NCBI GenBank assembly: GCA_963662665.2
Contig: CAXXJS010000020.1
Span: forward strand, 96,001-160,000
DNA length: 64,000 nt
Direction of reading: 5' to 3'
From: Candidatus Latescibacterota bacterium
GTDB taxonomy: Bacteria > Latescibacterota > UBA2968 > GCA-2709665
The notes beneath the pieces are model-generated. The model did not search any database and had not been told where the DNA came from. It saw only the letters and a program-made list of their open reading frames with translations. Shown here piece by piece: positions 1-9,548 of this stretch; position 1 is the stretch's first letter; the number at the start of each line of letters is the position of its first letter. Made by a program: the position numbers and the translations under genes.

Positions 1-327
1 CCTCGGCCGGTGGTGTTTTATTGACATTTCACCCATTTCGCTTTCCATTATAGGTATTTTAGCGGGCTGCTGCAAGCATCCCGTTTTCACGCCGAACGCC
101 CGGGTGTTTCTGCCGCATCCCTGCAAAGAAGCAGCGAATCCGTACGGCTTGTGATCGGACCGCCGGATTCTCCGGCAGGCCGGAGCCCAGCAGACGCGAG
201 CCCCTGATGACGGCCCCGCTAAGACATGGACGAGGCCCCGGCGATCCGCCGTTATAATGGCGCCCATTCATTCACCTACACCGGACATCTTCAAACTGAA
301 TCGAGAACATTTCCGGGTACATAGCCC

Positions 328-356
328 TTGACTTGTACGCATCGCCCGGTTATGTT
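328..356 (+). promoter_or_regulatory. sigma70-type promoter upstream of the ABC transporter
   Basis: TTGACT (328-333), 17-bp spacer, TATGTT (351-356). It overlaps the ORF-finder TTG start, so the real start is probably downstream. Confidence 0.55.
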
Positions 357-414
357 AAGTAAGCAATTACTTGCATGTTGCCCCAGCCCTTGTTTCGTGC
401 GAACAGGATGCCGC

Positions 415-2784
415 GTGGACGCACCAAATCACCTCGATCCGGAAACGCCAATCCGCGAGAAAATCCCGGAAGACATTCTCGACGCGACGCATAACGTCCT
501 TGCGGCCGACGAGGAGATTCTTCTGTCCGTCTCAACCGATCTCAGGTTCGATGGCGTTTTCGGGTCCGCATGGCTGGTGGCGACCGGTCGACAACTGATC
601 GGTATCAGTCCGACTGAGAATGGGCCACCTGAGACCGTATGTATCCGGCTCGCGGATATTGAAGGCGTGGAGGTCCGGGAGCTATTCGGCAGCGGCGTGC
701 TGAAGGTTACAACCGCTGGAAGCGGCGCCTCCCTGGCCTTTTTTACCAAATCCCTGCTTTCCAGGTTTACGCAGGTTCCCGCCGAAATTGAACGCCTTGT
801 ACGGAAAGCCAAACCCGTACCCGATGACGCTCAAATTGCCAACTCCAGCGTGGACGGGCTGTCAGGCCGCAAGAAGCGTTGTGAACGGTGTCAGCAGGTG
901 ATCCCGCACTGGATGGGCGTCTGTCCGATGTGCCTGGATTCCCGCAAGCTGCTCTTCCGCCTTCTGGGTTACGCGAAACCCTATTGGCAATCGGCGATCT
1001 GCAGCCTCCTCCTTCTTTTAACCGCCACGTTTATCGGCCTGACGCCCCCTCTGCTGATGCGTACCCTTATCGATGACGTCCTTATGGCCAGCGCGGGCGG
1101 CTCGGCACCCGGGGAGTCGCTGATCCCCGCCGAGGCGCGTTCTTCCGTCCCCAGGATCCAGGCGCCCGGGCCGGTACCATCCCCGGGGATGGATAAGCGC
1201 ACGATGCTCGCCATGCTGGTGCTGCTCCTCTTGCTGATCAACATATCCCGGAACGGGCTCAGTGCCGTGCGCACCTACCTGCTCGCGCAGCTCGGTCAGA
1301 AAATCACGTTCGATCTTCGCAAAGAGGTCTATCGGCATCTCCACTATCTCTCGCTCAGTTTCTACAATGAGCGGGAAACCGGTCGAATCATGTCGAACAT
1401 CACCCAGGACGTCAGCCGCCTTCAGGACTTCATCTCGGACGGCCTGCAGGAAATCATCCGGGACATCGCAACCATCATCATCATCTGCATCATTCTCTTT
1501 TCGCTGAATCCCGCTCTGGCGGCTTTCGTTCTCCTGCCCACCCCCCTGCTGATCCTGGTTACGCGTTACTTCGGACGGAGGCTGCACGACCTCTATCATG
1601 GGCTCTGGCGGCGGTGGGCGGATATCCACGCGCTGCTGGCGGATACGATCCCCGGGGTGCGGGTTGTAAAGGCCTTCGCCCAGGAAAATCGAGAGGTGAG
1701 CAAGTTCGAAAACAGGAGCTGGGGCCTGTTATCAGGCGAAATCCGTGTAGCGAGGGTTCGAAGCACGTTTACACCCATTATGACCTTCCTCACTTCCCTG
1801 GGTACCCTCATCATCTGGTGGATGGGCGGCAACAATGTTCTGAGCGGCGGGCTCTCAATTGGCGAGTTTGTGGCCTTCACCGGATACATGTGGCAATTCT
1901 ACGGTCCGGTGGAAAGCCTGTGCCGACTCAACCACCGTTTCCAGCGCGCGGCCACGTCGGCCGAGCGAATTTTCGAGGTCCTGGATACCCAATCCGACGT
2001 CGCCGACCGGCCGCGGGCCGAATCGCTGCCGCCAATTTCCGGTTCGGTGGAATTTTCCGGCGTCACGTTCTCTTACGAGCCCGGCAAACCCATTCTCAAT
2101 GATCTGAATTTCACAGTGGAACCGGGGGAAATGATTGGCCTCGCCGGCCATAGCGGCGCAGGGAAGAGCACCCTCATCAATCTGATCTGCCGTTTCTACG
2201 ATATCCAGAAAGGCGCAATCCGCGTCGACGGCCGGGACATCAGGGAAGTTTCGCTAAAGTCCCTGAGGGGGCAGATCGGCGTGGTCCTGCAGGATCCGTT
2301 TCTGTTTAACGGCTCGGTTGCGGAAAATATCGCGTACGGAAAGCCGGATGCAACGCTTGACGAGATCGTCGCTGCCGCGAAAGCGGCAAATGCACACGAT
2401 TTCATATTGGACTTCCCCGAAGGCTACGACACCCCGGTGGGCGAACGAGGCATGCGTGTCTCCGGCGGCGAACGCCAGCGCCTTTCCATCGCGCGTGCCA
2501 TCCTGAGGAACCCCCGCATTCTGATCCTGGACGAAGCAACGGCCAGTGTGGATACGGAGACCGAGGCGCAGATTCAGGACGCCATTTCGCGTCTGATCCA
2601 CGGACGGACCACCTTTGCAATTGCCCATCGTCTATCGACTCTAAAAAATGCCGATCGCCTGCTGATCCTCGACAAAGGCAAATTGGCGGAGATGGGCACC
2701 CACGACAACCTTGTCAAACGGGACGGAATCTACGCCCGTCTCTGCCGGATGCAAACCGAAATGTCCAGGTTACGCGCCTGGTAG
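415..2784 (+). CDS. ABC transporter fused permease/ATP-binding protein with N-terminal extension (DUF1854-associated type)
   Basis: Walker A GHSGAGKST, signature VSGGERQR, Walker B ILILDEAT, H-loop IAHRLST and a transmembrane domain. The N-terminal soluble region ends in CERC..CPMC. Start set at in-frame GTG 415, downstream of the promoter. Confidence 0.9.
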   Translation: MDAPNHLDPETPIREKIPEDILDATHNVLAADEEILLSVSTDLRFDGVFGSAWLVATGRQLIGISPTENGPPETVCIRLADIEGVEVRELFGSGVLKVTTAGSGASLAFFTKSLLSRFTQVPAEIERLVRKAKPVPDDAQIANSSVDGLSGRKKRCERCQQVIPHWMGVCPMCLDSRKLLFRLLGYAKPYWQSAICSLLLLLTATFIGLTPPLLMRTLIDDVLMASAGGSAPGESLIPAEARSSVPRIQAPGPVPSPGMDKRTMLAMLVLLLLLINISRNGLSAVRTYLLAQLGQKITFDLRKEVYRHLHYLSLSFYNERETGRIMSNITQDVSRLQDFISDGLQEIIRDIATIIIICIILFSLNPALAAFVLLPTPLLILVTRYFGRRLHDLYHGLWRRWADIHALLADTIPGVRVVKAFAQENREVSKFENRSWGLLSGEIRVARVRSTFTPIMTFLTSLGTLIIWWMGGNNVLSGGLSIGEFVAFTGYMWQFYGPVESLCRLNHRFQRAATSAERIFEVLDTQSDVADRPRAESLPPISGSVEFSGVTFSYEPGKPILNDLNFTVEPGEMIGLAGHSGAGKSTLINLICRFYDIQKGAIRVDGRDIREVSLKSLRGQIGVVLQDPFLFNGSVAENIAYGKPDATLDEIVAAAKAANAHDFILDFPEGYDTPVGERGMRVSGGERQRLSIARAILRNPRILILDEATASVDTETEAQIQDAISRLIHGRTTFAIAHRLSTLKNADRLLILDKGKLAEMGTHDNLVKRDGIYARLCRMQTEMSRLRAW

Positions 2785-2825
2785 AAGCATGTCGCTCCGG
2801 CGCATCCCGGAATCCCGATCCTGTT

Positions 2826-3332
2826 ATGCAAAAAGAGTATCGTCTCGAGCAGGAACTGACGCTGTTGGATCCTGTCCTGACCCGCCTTCGTCGGGATGAA
2901 TACACGGACTTGATCCTGGAATACCGGGGTGAGCGTAAACCGGTCACGGCGCATCGCGCCTTTCCGCTCACGGCCGCCGGTCAATTCATCGTCCTCAAGG
3001 GTATCGACGGAACGGAGGTCGGCGCTATCCGTGACATTGCAGGTCTGGATGACGAGAGCCGCAATATCCTCGAGTCCGACCTGGAACGTACTTATTTCGC
3101 GCCCGTCATACTCCAGGTAAACAAACTCGAAGAGAAATTCCACATCCCGAAATGGGACGTGGAGACCGATAGCGGCCACCGCGTATTCGAAGTCCGCAGC
3201 CGCAGACGTGACATTCGGGTGATGTCGGGGGGGCGCATTCTGCTGAGAGACGCCGACGGGAACCGATATGAGATACCAGATTACAGACGGCTGGACCCCG
3301 TCAGTCGCGCCTTTGTGGAGACGTTAATCTGA
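2826..3332 (+). CDS. DUF1854 family protein
   Basis: 168 aa directly after the ABC transporter. Motifs RAFPLT, W.VETD.G and DADGNRYEIPD...LD..SR are typical of DUF1854. Confidence 0.8.
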   Translation: MQKEYRLEQELTLLDPVLTRLRRDEYTDLILEYRGERKPVTAHRAFPLTAAGQFIVLKGIDGTEVGAIRDIAGLDDESRNILESDLERTYFAPVILQVNKLEEKFHIPKWDVETDSGHRVFEVRSRRRDIRVMSGGRILLRDADGNRYEIPDYRRLDPVSRAFVETLI

Positions 3333-3517
3333 TCACCGGCGGTAAGCCCTGGAAGCCGGTGGCCACCCGGGGACACTACCCGCCCCGTACTCGAGCCCGC
3401 GAATGTGTACTCGCCGGCCCCTTCCGGGCCGCCGTTGCCCATTGCCATCCACAACGAACAATTGTATATTGCCACCGATACCCGCAACCGCCATTTCGAA
3501 CCACAGGAGATGCTCCA

Positions 3518-5368
3518 ATGAATACAACCGCGCACCGCTCGGCGCCGGCGTCGCTCGACGGGGAATTGATCCCTCAGGCGCCCAGCGACGATGTCGATCC
3601 GGACAGCCTCGTCTACCACCGGCTTTGTCGGGCCGACGAATTCGAGGAAGGCGAAGGCAAACCCTTTACCGTAAATGGTTCACACATCGCCGTCTTCCGT
3701 TACAACGGCGAGTTTCAGGCCGTGGACAACCGCTGTCCTCACATGGGTTATCCCATGTCCAAGGGCAGCGTCCGGGACGGCGTACTGATCTGTCACTGGC
3801 ATCACTGGGAGTTCGATCTCAAGACCGGCGGATGTTTCGAAACGTCGGGTTCGGGTAACGATCTGAAGAGCTTTCCCGTGGAAGTGAAAGAAGACGGTTT
3901 TATCTACATTGGCATGGCCGCCGATGAACGGCAGGCCGCTCGTCAGAGAATGATCGACCGTGGCCGGTATATCCTCGAACAGGGATTGAAGGATCGAAGT
4001 TCACTCATTATCGCAAAGGGGGTGACCGCGCTGCGTCACGCGGGCGCTTCGCCGCAGGAAATCATTCAGCAGGGCCTGTTCTACGGTTCGTACAAGACCA
4101 CCGAAGGCTTCTCCTCAGGTCTCGCCATCCTGTCGCTGTGCGCAAACCTGTGGCACGACATCGCCGAACGTGACCACAATCTCTTCCTCGTTCATGGCCT
4201 CGTGCAAGTCTCCCGGCGCACCACCGGCGGGTCCCGTCGCCAGGGCTTTCCATTCCCCAAAGCAACAGGCGAACCGGACCTGAAAACCTACAAGCGCTGG
4301 TTCAGACGTCTCGTGGAACAGCGAAACAGCAACGCGGCCCAGCGTATTCTGATCACCTTGAACGACCGCGGTTTCGACAAAGAGTCCATTGCCGACGCGG
4401 TTTTTACAGCTGCAACCGATTACTACTTCACGGGAGACGGCCACGCGCTGGACTTTGCCAACAAGCTCTTTGAAGCCCTGGATTACGTGGAATGGAGGGA
4501 CGCGAGTGAGATCCTGCGCCCAATCGTAATTGACCTTATCAACCGCACCCGTCACGAGGAAACAGCCCGCTGGCAGGACAGCGTACCGATTCTGGAAGAC
4601 GTCTTCTCGCGGCTGGACGACATCTGGCGGGAAAACCAGGAAAACGACTCGAATCTGGACACTTCGGCATTTGCACAGGTACTGCTGGGCGAAGAGGTCG
4701 TGCCCATTGTCTCGGAAATCGAAACCCTTTTACGGCGCGGGGTCGATCCCGCGCAAATCTGCCGATCCATGGTCTTTGCCAGCGCTATCCGAACCGCTCG
4801 CTTTCATTTGAAAAACGAAGGTGACTGGCACGACGTGGCCAATATCTACTCCTACGCGCACGCCCTCTACCGCGCTTTCCAACGCGCTCCGTCCGGGAAC
4901 CTGCTTCGCGGCATATTCCATGGCGCGGTATTTCTTACCTACTTACGGTGGCTCAATATGCCGGCTGCCCGCGTCCCGAAACCCGGCCAGCGTCTGAACG
5001 GCGCCTTCGATTCGGAGGACCAGATGCTCGCCCGCCTGCAGGAATTCGCCGATTTCCAGAAAGTCTACGAAGCGGAAATACTCGTGAACCAGTACCTGGA
5101 AGAAGGCCGTGACATTAACCGTCTGAAACACACCCTCGCCCACATCATGCTGCGTGAAGACGCCGAACTCCATATGTTCCAGGTCCTGGAAGCGGCTTTT
5201 CGCCACTTCGATATCACGAACGACCCGGAAGAAAAACGCATGCATATGCTGGCGGCCACCCGCTACATTACGGCCCAAAAAGTAATGAAAGCCATTCTCT
5301 GGTCCACGGAGAATGCCGAACGGCTCCAGCGGGGCGATTTGTTGAGCGAACGGGAAGACGACAACTAG
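3518..5368 (+). CDS. Rieske [2Fe-2S] domain protein with large helical C-terminal region
   Basis: Rieske ligands NRCPHMG...CHWHHWEFDL. An AGGAG RBS precedes ATG 3518. Confidence 0.85.
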   Translation: MNTTAHRSAPASLDGELIPQAPSDDVDPDSLVYHRLCRADEFEEGEGKPFTVNGSHIAVFRYNGEFQAVDNRCPHMGYPMSKGSVRDGVLICHWHHWEFDLKTGGCFETSGSGNDLKSFPVEVKEDGFIYIGMAADERQAARQRMIDRGRYILEQGLKDRSSLIIAKGVTALRHAGASPQEIIQQGLFYGSYKTTEGFSSGLAILSLCANLWHDIAERDHNLFLVHGLVQVSRRTTGGSRRQGFPFPKATGEPDLKTYKRWFRRLVEQRNSNAAQRILITLNDRGFDKESIADAVFTAATDYYFTGDGHALDFANKLFEALDYVEWRDASEILRPIVIDLINRTRHEETARWQDSVPILEDVFSRLDDIWRENQENDSNLDTSAFAQVLLGEEVVPIVSEIETLLRRGVDPAQICRSMVFASAIRTARFHLKNEGDWHDVANIYSYAHALYRAFQRAPSGNLLRGIFHGAVFLTYLRWLNMPAARVPKPGQRLNGAFDSEDQMLARLQEFADFQKVYEAEILVNQYLEEGRDINRLKHTLAHIMLREDAELHMFQVLEAAFRHFDITNDPEEKRMHMLAATRYITAQKVMKAILWSTENAERLQRGDLLSEREDDN

Positions 5369-5433
5369 ACAGATGTACAATGGGTACCCGCAGCCGGGGG
5401 CCGGGTGGTCTCATTGAAGGGACACGATAACCG

Positions 5434-8400
5434 ATGAAGATCTCCGAACACGCCATACATAAACCCATCACTGCCGTGATGTTAACCCTGAGCGTCCTGG
5501 TCTTGGGGGCAATTTCCCTGTTTCGGCTGCCGCTCGAGTATCTGCCGGATATCACGTTTCCTGTCATGTACGTCAACGTTGACTACCCGTCTTCGTCGCC
5601 GGAGGAGATTGAACGAGAAATCGTCAGGCCGTTGGAAGAGGTAATGGGTACGCTGTCTCACGTAAAACAGCTGAGTTCACGGTCCTACGCCAACCGCGGC
5701 TACGTGCGGTTGGAATTCGAACTCAATACGGATATGGACCTCATGGCCGTACATGTACGCGATCGACTCGATCAGGTAAAAAACGACCTTCCGGACGACG
5801 TCGAGCGTATTTCAATACGCCGCTGGAACACCGAAGATTTTCCTGTATTGACATACGCGCTGAGCTGGCAGGGGAACGATCAGTCCGAGCTTGCGAGCGT
5901 TTACGAATACACCATTCTTCCCCGACTGCAGCGCCTGGAAGGCGTTGGCAGCGTGGAGGTACGGGGGCTGCGAGAGAAAGACCTGCTCATTGAAGTCGAT
6001 CAGAACCTGCTGCATACGCACAATCTGGATATCCGCGCACTCAACCGGGCAATCAACACCAACAACGTCAATATTTCCGCCGGCTACGTCAACGAAGCCG
6101 ATAAACGCCTGGCCGCACGTACCATCGGTGAGTTTGAGAATGTCAACCAGATCAGGCATCTTCCCCTGTCCAACGGGGTCGAAGTGGGTGATGTCGCGGA
6201 CGTCAGCTACGACTTTCCGGAAGAGAAGAACTTCGAACGCCTCGACGGCCGGGACGCGGTCACCATCGACATTCGCAAATCCTCCTCAGCCAATCTGGTG
6301 GCCACTGCAAACCGGGTCAAGGGTGAATTGGAGCGTATCCGGAACGACGTCGGCGACGACAAGATTCGGATGCAGGCCATACGCGACCGATCCCTGGATG
6401 TCACCACGGGCATTCGCAACCTCGCTCAGTCGGCCATTATGGGCGGTTTTCTGGCCATCAGTGTCATCTTTGTATTCTTACGTAACTTCCGAAGCACGCT
6501 CATTATCGGCTCCGCAATCCCGATTTCGGCCATCACCGTATTTATGGTGATGTACGTCCTCCGGCAGGTCTTCGGGTCCAACATCACGCTCAATCTGATG
6601 TCCATGATGGGCCTGATGGTCGCTATCGGTATGCTCGTCGACCCTGCTGTCGTCGCGCTGGAAAACATCTTCAGGAAACGGTACGACGAGGGACAGACAC
6701 CGTGGAACGCCGCTCTGGACGGAAGCCGGGAAATCGGGATTCCGGTACTTGCCGCCTCGCTGACAACGGTTTGTGTTTTTGTGCCCATCATCTTTGTGGC
6801 CGACTCCCGCAGCGCCCTGTTCATGCGGGATTTTGCACTCACGGTGTGTATTTCCGTGGGCGCCTCCTTCTGCGTGGCGCTTTCTCTGATCCCTCTGGCG
6901 GCGTCAAGGGCATTTGACAACAGCACCACGTATCTCGACCGCTGGATCAAGGGCGGGCTGGCACTCCTGCTACTGGGCCTTGGCGGCTGGGCGGTGTACG
7001 CCGAAGGCCTGCAGAACTCCGCCTCCTGGATCTGGGAAAAAGCGAACAGTCTTGTGGTGGGCCTTTCGACTATACCGGCCGTGGCGTGGCTGTTGCTGGT
7101 TCTGATACTGGCAGGCGTTGGAAGTCTGTTGCATCTGTCCCGAAAGAGCGGCGGTATCAAATATTTCTATTCCCGTCTGGTAGTCACCACCCTGCGCTAC
7201 AGGTGGACCACCGTTTCTACTGCCTGCGCGCTCCTGGGCGCCGGGTATTACTTTTTTACGCAAATTGAGCAACAGCCCTATCGCTGGCAGCCAACGCGTC
7301 GGGTGGATATCTCCGTTGAACTGCCGCGAAGCTACGACATCCAGGATGCGCTTGCTCTATTTGAAAGGATCGAAGGCATCCTGCTGCCGAAAAAAGAGAA
7401 ACTGGACGTCGCGGCCGTGAGCAGCCGGTTCAGCGACCGGCGGAGCAATCGCATTACCCTCTACCTGGTTCCACCCGACGAGGGCAGACTTTCCACAGAC
7501 GAAGTAACACGCAGAGTCAAGGCCATGCTACCGAAGGACATCCCCGGTGTACGCTTCAAATCCGGCAGGACCTGGGGTAGCAGCTCCACCGGAGCCGGCG
7601 TCGAAATCAAGGGTCGAAACCCGGATGTACTCGCCATGCTTGCGGAGGATATCCGTCTGCGCCTGCAAGGCATCCGCGGGGTACACGAAGTCGAAACCAG
7701 CCTGGAATCCGGCAATGAGGAGATCCGCGTCAACATCAACCGACGCCGCGCCAGGCGCTATGGCCTGACACCCTGGCAGATTGCCACCACCGTTGCCAGT
7801 GCGCTGGGAACCCGGGGAAACAGTAAGTTCAAGACCGAGAACGGAGAAATCGACATCGCGGTTCAACTCAAGGAAGAGGACCGGGCCACCCTCGAGCAGC
7901 TTAGAAACACGTATTTTGAGAGCGACACCGGGAATATGGTCTCCTTCGCCAGCCTCGCGGATTTCCGTGTCAGCAAGGGTCCCCAGGCGCTCGAACGCGA
8001 GAACCGGATGTCCACCCTGACCGTATTCGCCAATACGGAACAGCAGGCCGTGTTCTCCGTTGGCCGCGAAATGAGCAGCCGGATGCGTGCGATACCGTTA
8101 CCGGCCGGATATTCCTGGCAGATGGACCGCCGCTTTCGCTGGATGAACCAGGAACAGGGTGAAACCAACCTCACCATGATTTTTGCGGCGCTTCTGGTCT
8201 ATATGATTATGGCTGCCCTTTTCGAGTCCTACGCACACCCCTTTACAATTATGTTTTCGATCTGTTTCGCCTTCATCGGGGTCTCGTTCGGTCTATATGC
8301 CTTTAATATCCCCCTCGACAGCAATGCCACCTACGGCCTGCTCATCCTATTCGGCATCGTTGTGAACAACGGTATCGTCCTCGTCGACCATATCAACCGT

Positions 8401-8700
8401 TATCGAAAACAGGGCCTCTACCGTCGTGACGCCATCATCCGGGGCGGTCAGGACCGATTGCGTCCGATTCTAATGACCGCGACCACCACTATCCTGGGCC
8501 TGGCTCCCCTGGTTTTACCGATGATCTACGGCACTGCAGAAGGCACTGCGCGTCGGTGGGGCCCGATCGGTTTCGTGGTAATCTCCGGGCTGATGGTCTC
8601 GACCATTCTCACGCTGGTCATCCTGCCGACCGTGTACTCGCTGATAGACGATCTGGCGACTTACATGAAGCGGACGGTCGCAACCGTGAGAGGCGCGTGA
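5434..8700 (+). CDS. RND family efflux transporter permease (AcrB/AcrD/AcrF type)
   Basis: 1088 aa with GMLVD..VV.LENI, GIVVNNGIVLVD and RLRPILMT motifs and two large periplasmic loops. Confidence 0.92.
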   Translation: MKISEHAIHKPITAVMLTLSVLVLGAISLFRLPLEYLPDITFPVMYVNVDYPSSSPEEIEREIVRPLEEVMGTLSHVKQLSSRSYANRGYVRLEFELNTDMDLMAVHVRDRLDQVKNDLPDDVERISIRRWNTEDFPVLTYALSWQGNDQSELASVYEYTILPRLQRLEGVGSVEVRGLREKDLLIEVDQNLLHTHNLDIRALNRAINTNNVNISAGYVNEADKRLAARTIGEFENVNQIRHLPLSNGVEVGDVADVSYDFPEEKNFERLDGRDAVTIDIRKSSSANLVATANRVKGELERIRNDVGDDKIRMQAIRDRSLDVTTGIRNLAQSAIMGGFLAISVIFVFLRNFRSTLIIGSAIPISAITVFMVMYVLRQVFGSNITLNLMSMMGLMVAIGMLVDPAVVALENIFRKRYDEGQTPWNAALDGSREIGIPVLAASLTTVCVFVPIIFVADSRSALFMRDFALTVCISVGASFCVALSLIPLAASRAFDNSTTYLDRWIKGGLALLLLGLGGWAVYAEGLQNSASWIWEKANSLVVGLSTIPAVAWLLLVLILAGVGSLLHLSRKSGGIKYFYSRLVVTTLRYRWTTVSTACALLGAGYYFFTQIEQQPYRWQPTRRVDISVELPRSYDIQDALALFERIEGILLPKKEKLDVAAVSSRFSDRRSNRITLYLVPPDEGRLSTDEVTRRVKAMLPKDIPGVRFKSGRTWGSSSTGAGVEIKGRNPDVLAMLAEDIRLRLQGIRGVHEVETSLESGNEEIRVNINRRRARRYGLTPWQIATTVASALGTRGNSKFKTENGEIDIAVQLKEEDRATLEQLRNTYFESDTGNMVSFASLADFRVSKGPQALERENRMSTLTVFANTEQQAVFSVGREMSSRMRAIPLPAGYSWQMDRRFRWMNQEQGETNLTMIFAALLVYMIMAALFESYAHPFTIMFSICFAFIGVSFGLYAFNIPLDSNATYGLLILFGIVVNNGIVLVDHINRYRKQGLYRRDAIIRGGQDRLRPILMTATTTILGLAPLVLPMIYGTAEGTARRWGPIGFVVISGLMVSTILTLVILPTVYSLIDDLATYMKRTVATVRGA

Positions 8701-9377
8701 AACAGCTCGCCGTTGTCCTGCTCAGTGGTGGGTTGGACAGCTGCGTTACCGCCGCTGTCGCCCGACAGAATAACGACATTGCACTTCTTTTTCTCGATTA
8801 TGGCCACCGCACATGCGTCCGTGAACACCGTGCGTTTGTGGACATCGCCGACTATTACCGTGTAATCGAACGGCGTCGCCTGATCGCCCGTACAGATGCA
8901 CTCGAGAAAATCGGCGGCTCGGCGCTGACCGACCGGAACGTCCCGGTTCCCGACGCGAACATCGTCAGGAACGCCATCCCGGTTTCGTACGTGCCCTTCC
9001 GAAATGCCCTTTTCCTCAGCATGGGCGTTTCCTGGGCCGAATCCGTTGGCGCCACGAGCGTGTATCTGGGCGCGGTCGAAGAAGACAGTTCGGGATATCC
9101 CGATTGTACGCGGGCGTTTTGTGACGCGTTCGCTGCGGCGGTCGATCAAGGTACTCGCCCGGAATCCCGCATCAGAATCCTCGCTCCCGTCATCCACCTC
9201 AGAAAACACCAGATCGTCAGACTGGGTGTCGAACTGGGCGCCCCGCTTCACCTCACCTGGTCGTGCTATAGAAACAGCGACCGCGCCTGCGGTCGCTGCG
9301 ATAGCTGCATCCTCCGCCTGGAGGCTTTCCGGACGGCCGGCATCCCCGATCCCATCCTCTCCGACGACCGGGAATGA
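8697..9377 (+). CDS. queC: 7-cyano-7-deazaguanine synthase
   Basis: LLSGGLDS, YVPFRN, GYPDC and TWSCY...CGRCDSC motifs. GTG start overlaps the RND stop (GTGA). Confidence 0.95.
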   Translation: MKQLAVVLLSGGLDSCVTAAVARQNNDIALLFLDYGHRTCVREHRAFVDIADYYRVIERRRLIARTDALEKIGGSALTDRNVPVPDANIVRNAIPVSYVPFRNALFLSMGVSWAESVGATSVYLGAVEEDSSGYPDCTRAFCDAFAAAVDQGTRPESRIRILAPVIHLRKHQIVRLGVELGAPLHLTWSCYRNSDRACGRCDSCILRLEAFRTAGIPDPILSDDRE

Positions 9378-9548
9378 CGGGCGTCCGTCAGGGTCGTTAC
9401 GTTACAGACCCGGATCAATCTCCTTTAAGAAACGCTTCTCGCCGTTCCTGATCGTCATGATTACAGCGCTCTTGGTTGGGTGCCGGCTTTCGTTGGAACG
9501 TGCGATACGTAACGAAGCTGAGCACAAAAAAAGATCCGGAACAGAACG

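Noticed and set aside
21-51. TTGACA promoter at the window start
   Set aside because: The best -10 candidate (CATTAT) needs a 19-bp spacer, so it is not well supported.
8697-9377. queC as part of a 7-deazaguanine DNA-modification (Dpd) or QatC-type defence system
   Set aside because: A canonical short QueC in housekeeping context, with no dpdA/tgt paralogue or qat genes nearby.
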